Shown here in pieces: positions 63,950-64,000 of a stretch of DNA of 64,000 nt. A program made the translations under genes and the position numbers. Location of the stretch: NCBI RefSeq assembly GCF_001194135.2, contig NC_068988.1, forward strand, positions 45,842,532 through 45,906,531, given 5' to 3'. The notes under the pieces were generated by a model. It searched no databases and was not told the origin of the DNA. It saw only the letters and a program-made list of their open reading frames with translations. The stretch's first letter is position 1; each line of letters opens with the position of its first letter. The stretch is from Octopus bimaculoides. Taxonomy: Eukaryota.

Positions 63950-64000
<51 letters not shown>
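63840..64000. repeat. Higher-order microsatellite: (TACAAATCTA-(CA)n-(TA)n) three times
   Basis: The unique anchor tacaaatctatac recurs three times with variable CA/TA lengths. Confidence 0.85.

Overview
AT-rich animal genomic DNA, dense in microsatellites, with eight assembly gaps. The repeat complement looks like a coleoid cephalopod (octopus-type) genome; this is an inference from remembered repeat families, not a database result. I cannot support any intact host protein-coding gene, tRNA, rRNA or CRISPR array. Almost all ORFs in the track are microsatellite or low-complexity read-throughs, or transposon debris. The window is best described as intronic/intergenic sequence built from: (i) at least four tRNA-headed SINE families; (ii) decayed LINEs (RTE, CR1/L2-type, RLE-bearing R4/Dong-type, probably L1/Tx1) and a Penelope-like element; (iii) Tc1/mariner-superfamily remnants (DD37D/maT-type, several mariners, pogo/Tigger), piggyBac-type and other MITEs; (iv) a probable solo LTR and a CpG-rich LTR-like promoter segment. 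The most notable observations are an inverted pair of decayed Penelope-type minimal hammerhead ribozymes (5851-6065), a fold-back mariner made of two 5' ends (29028-29920), several long palindromic elements, and a few weak exon candidates. I found no convincing evidence of a new multi-gene system.
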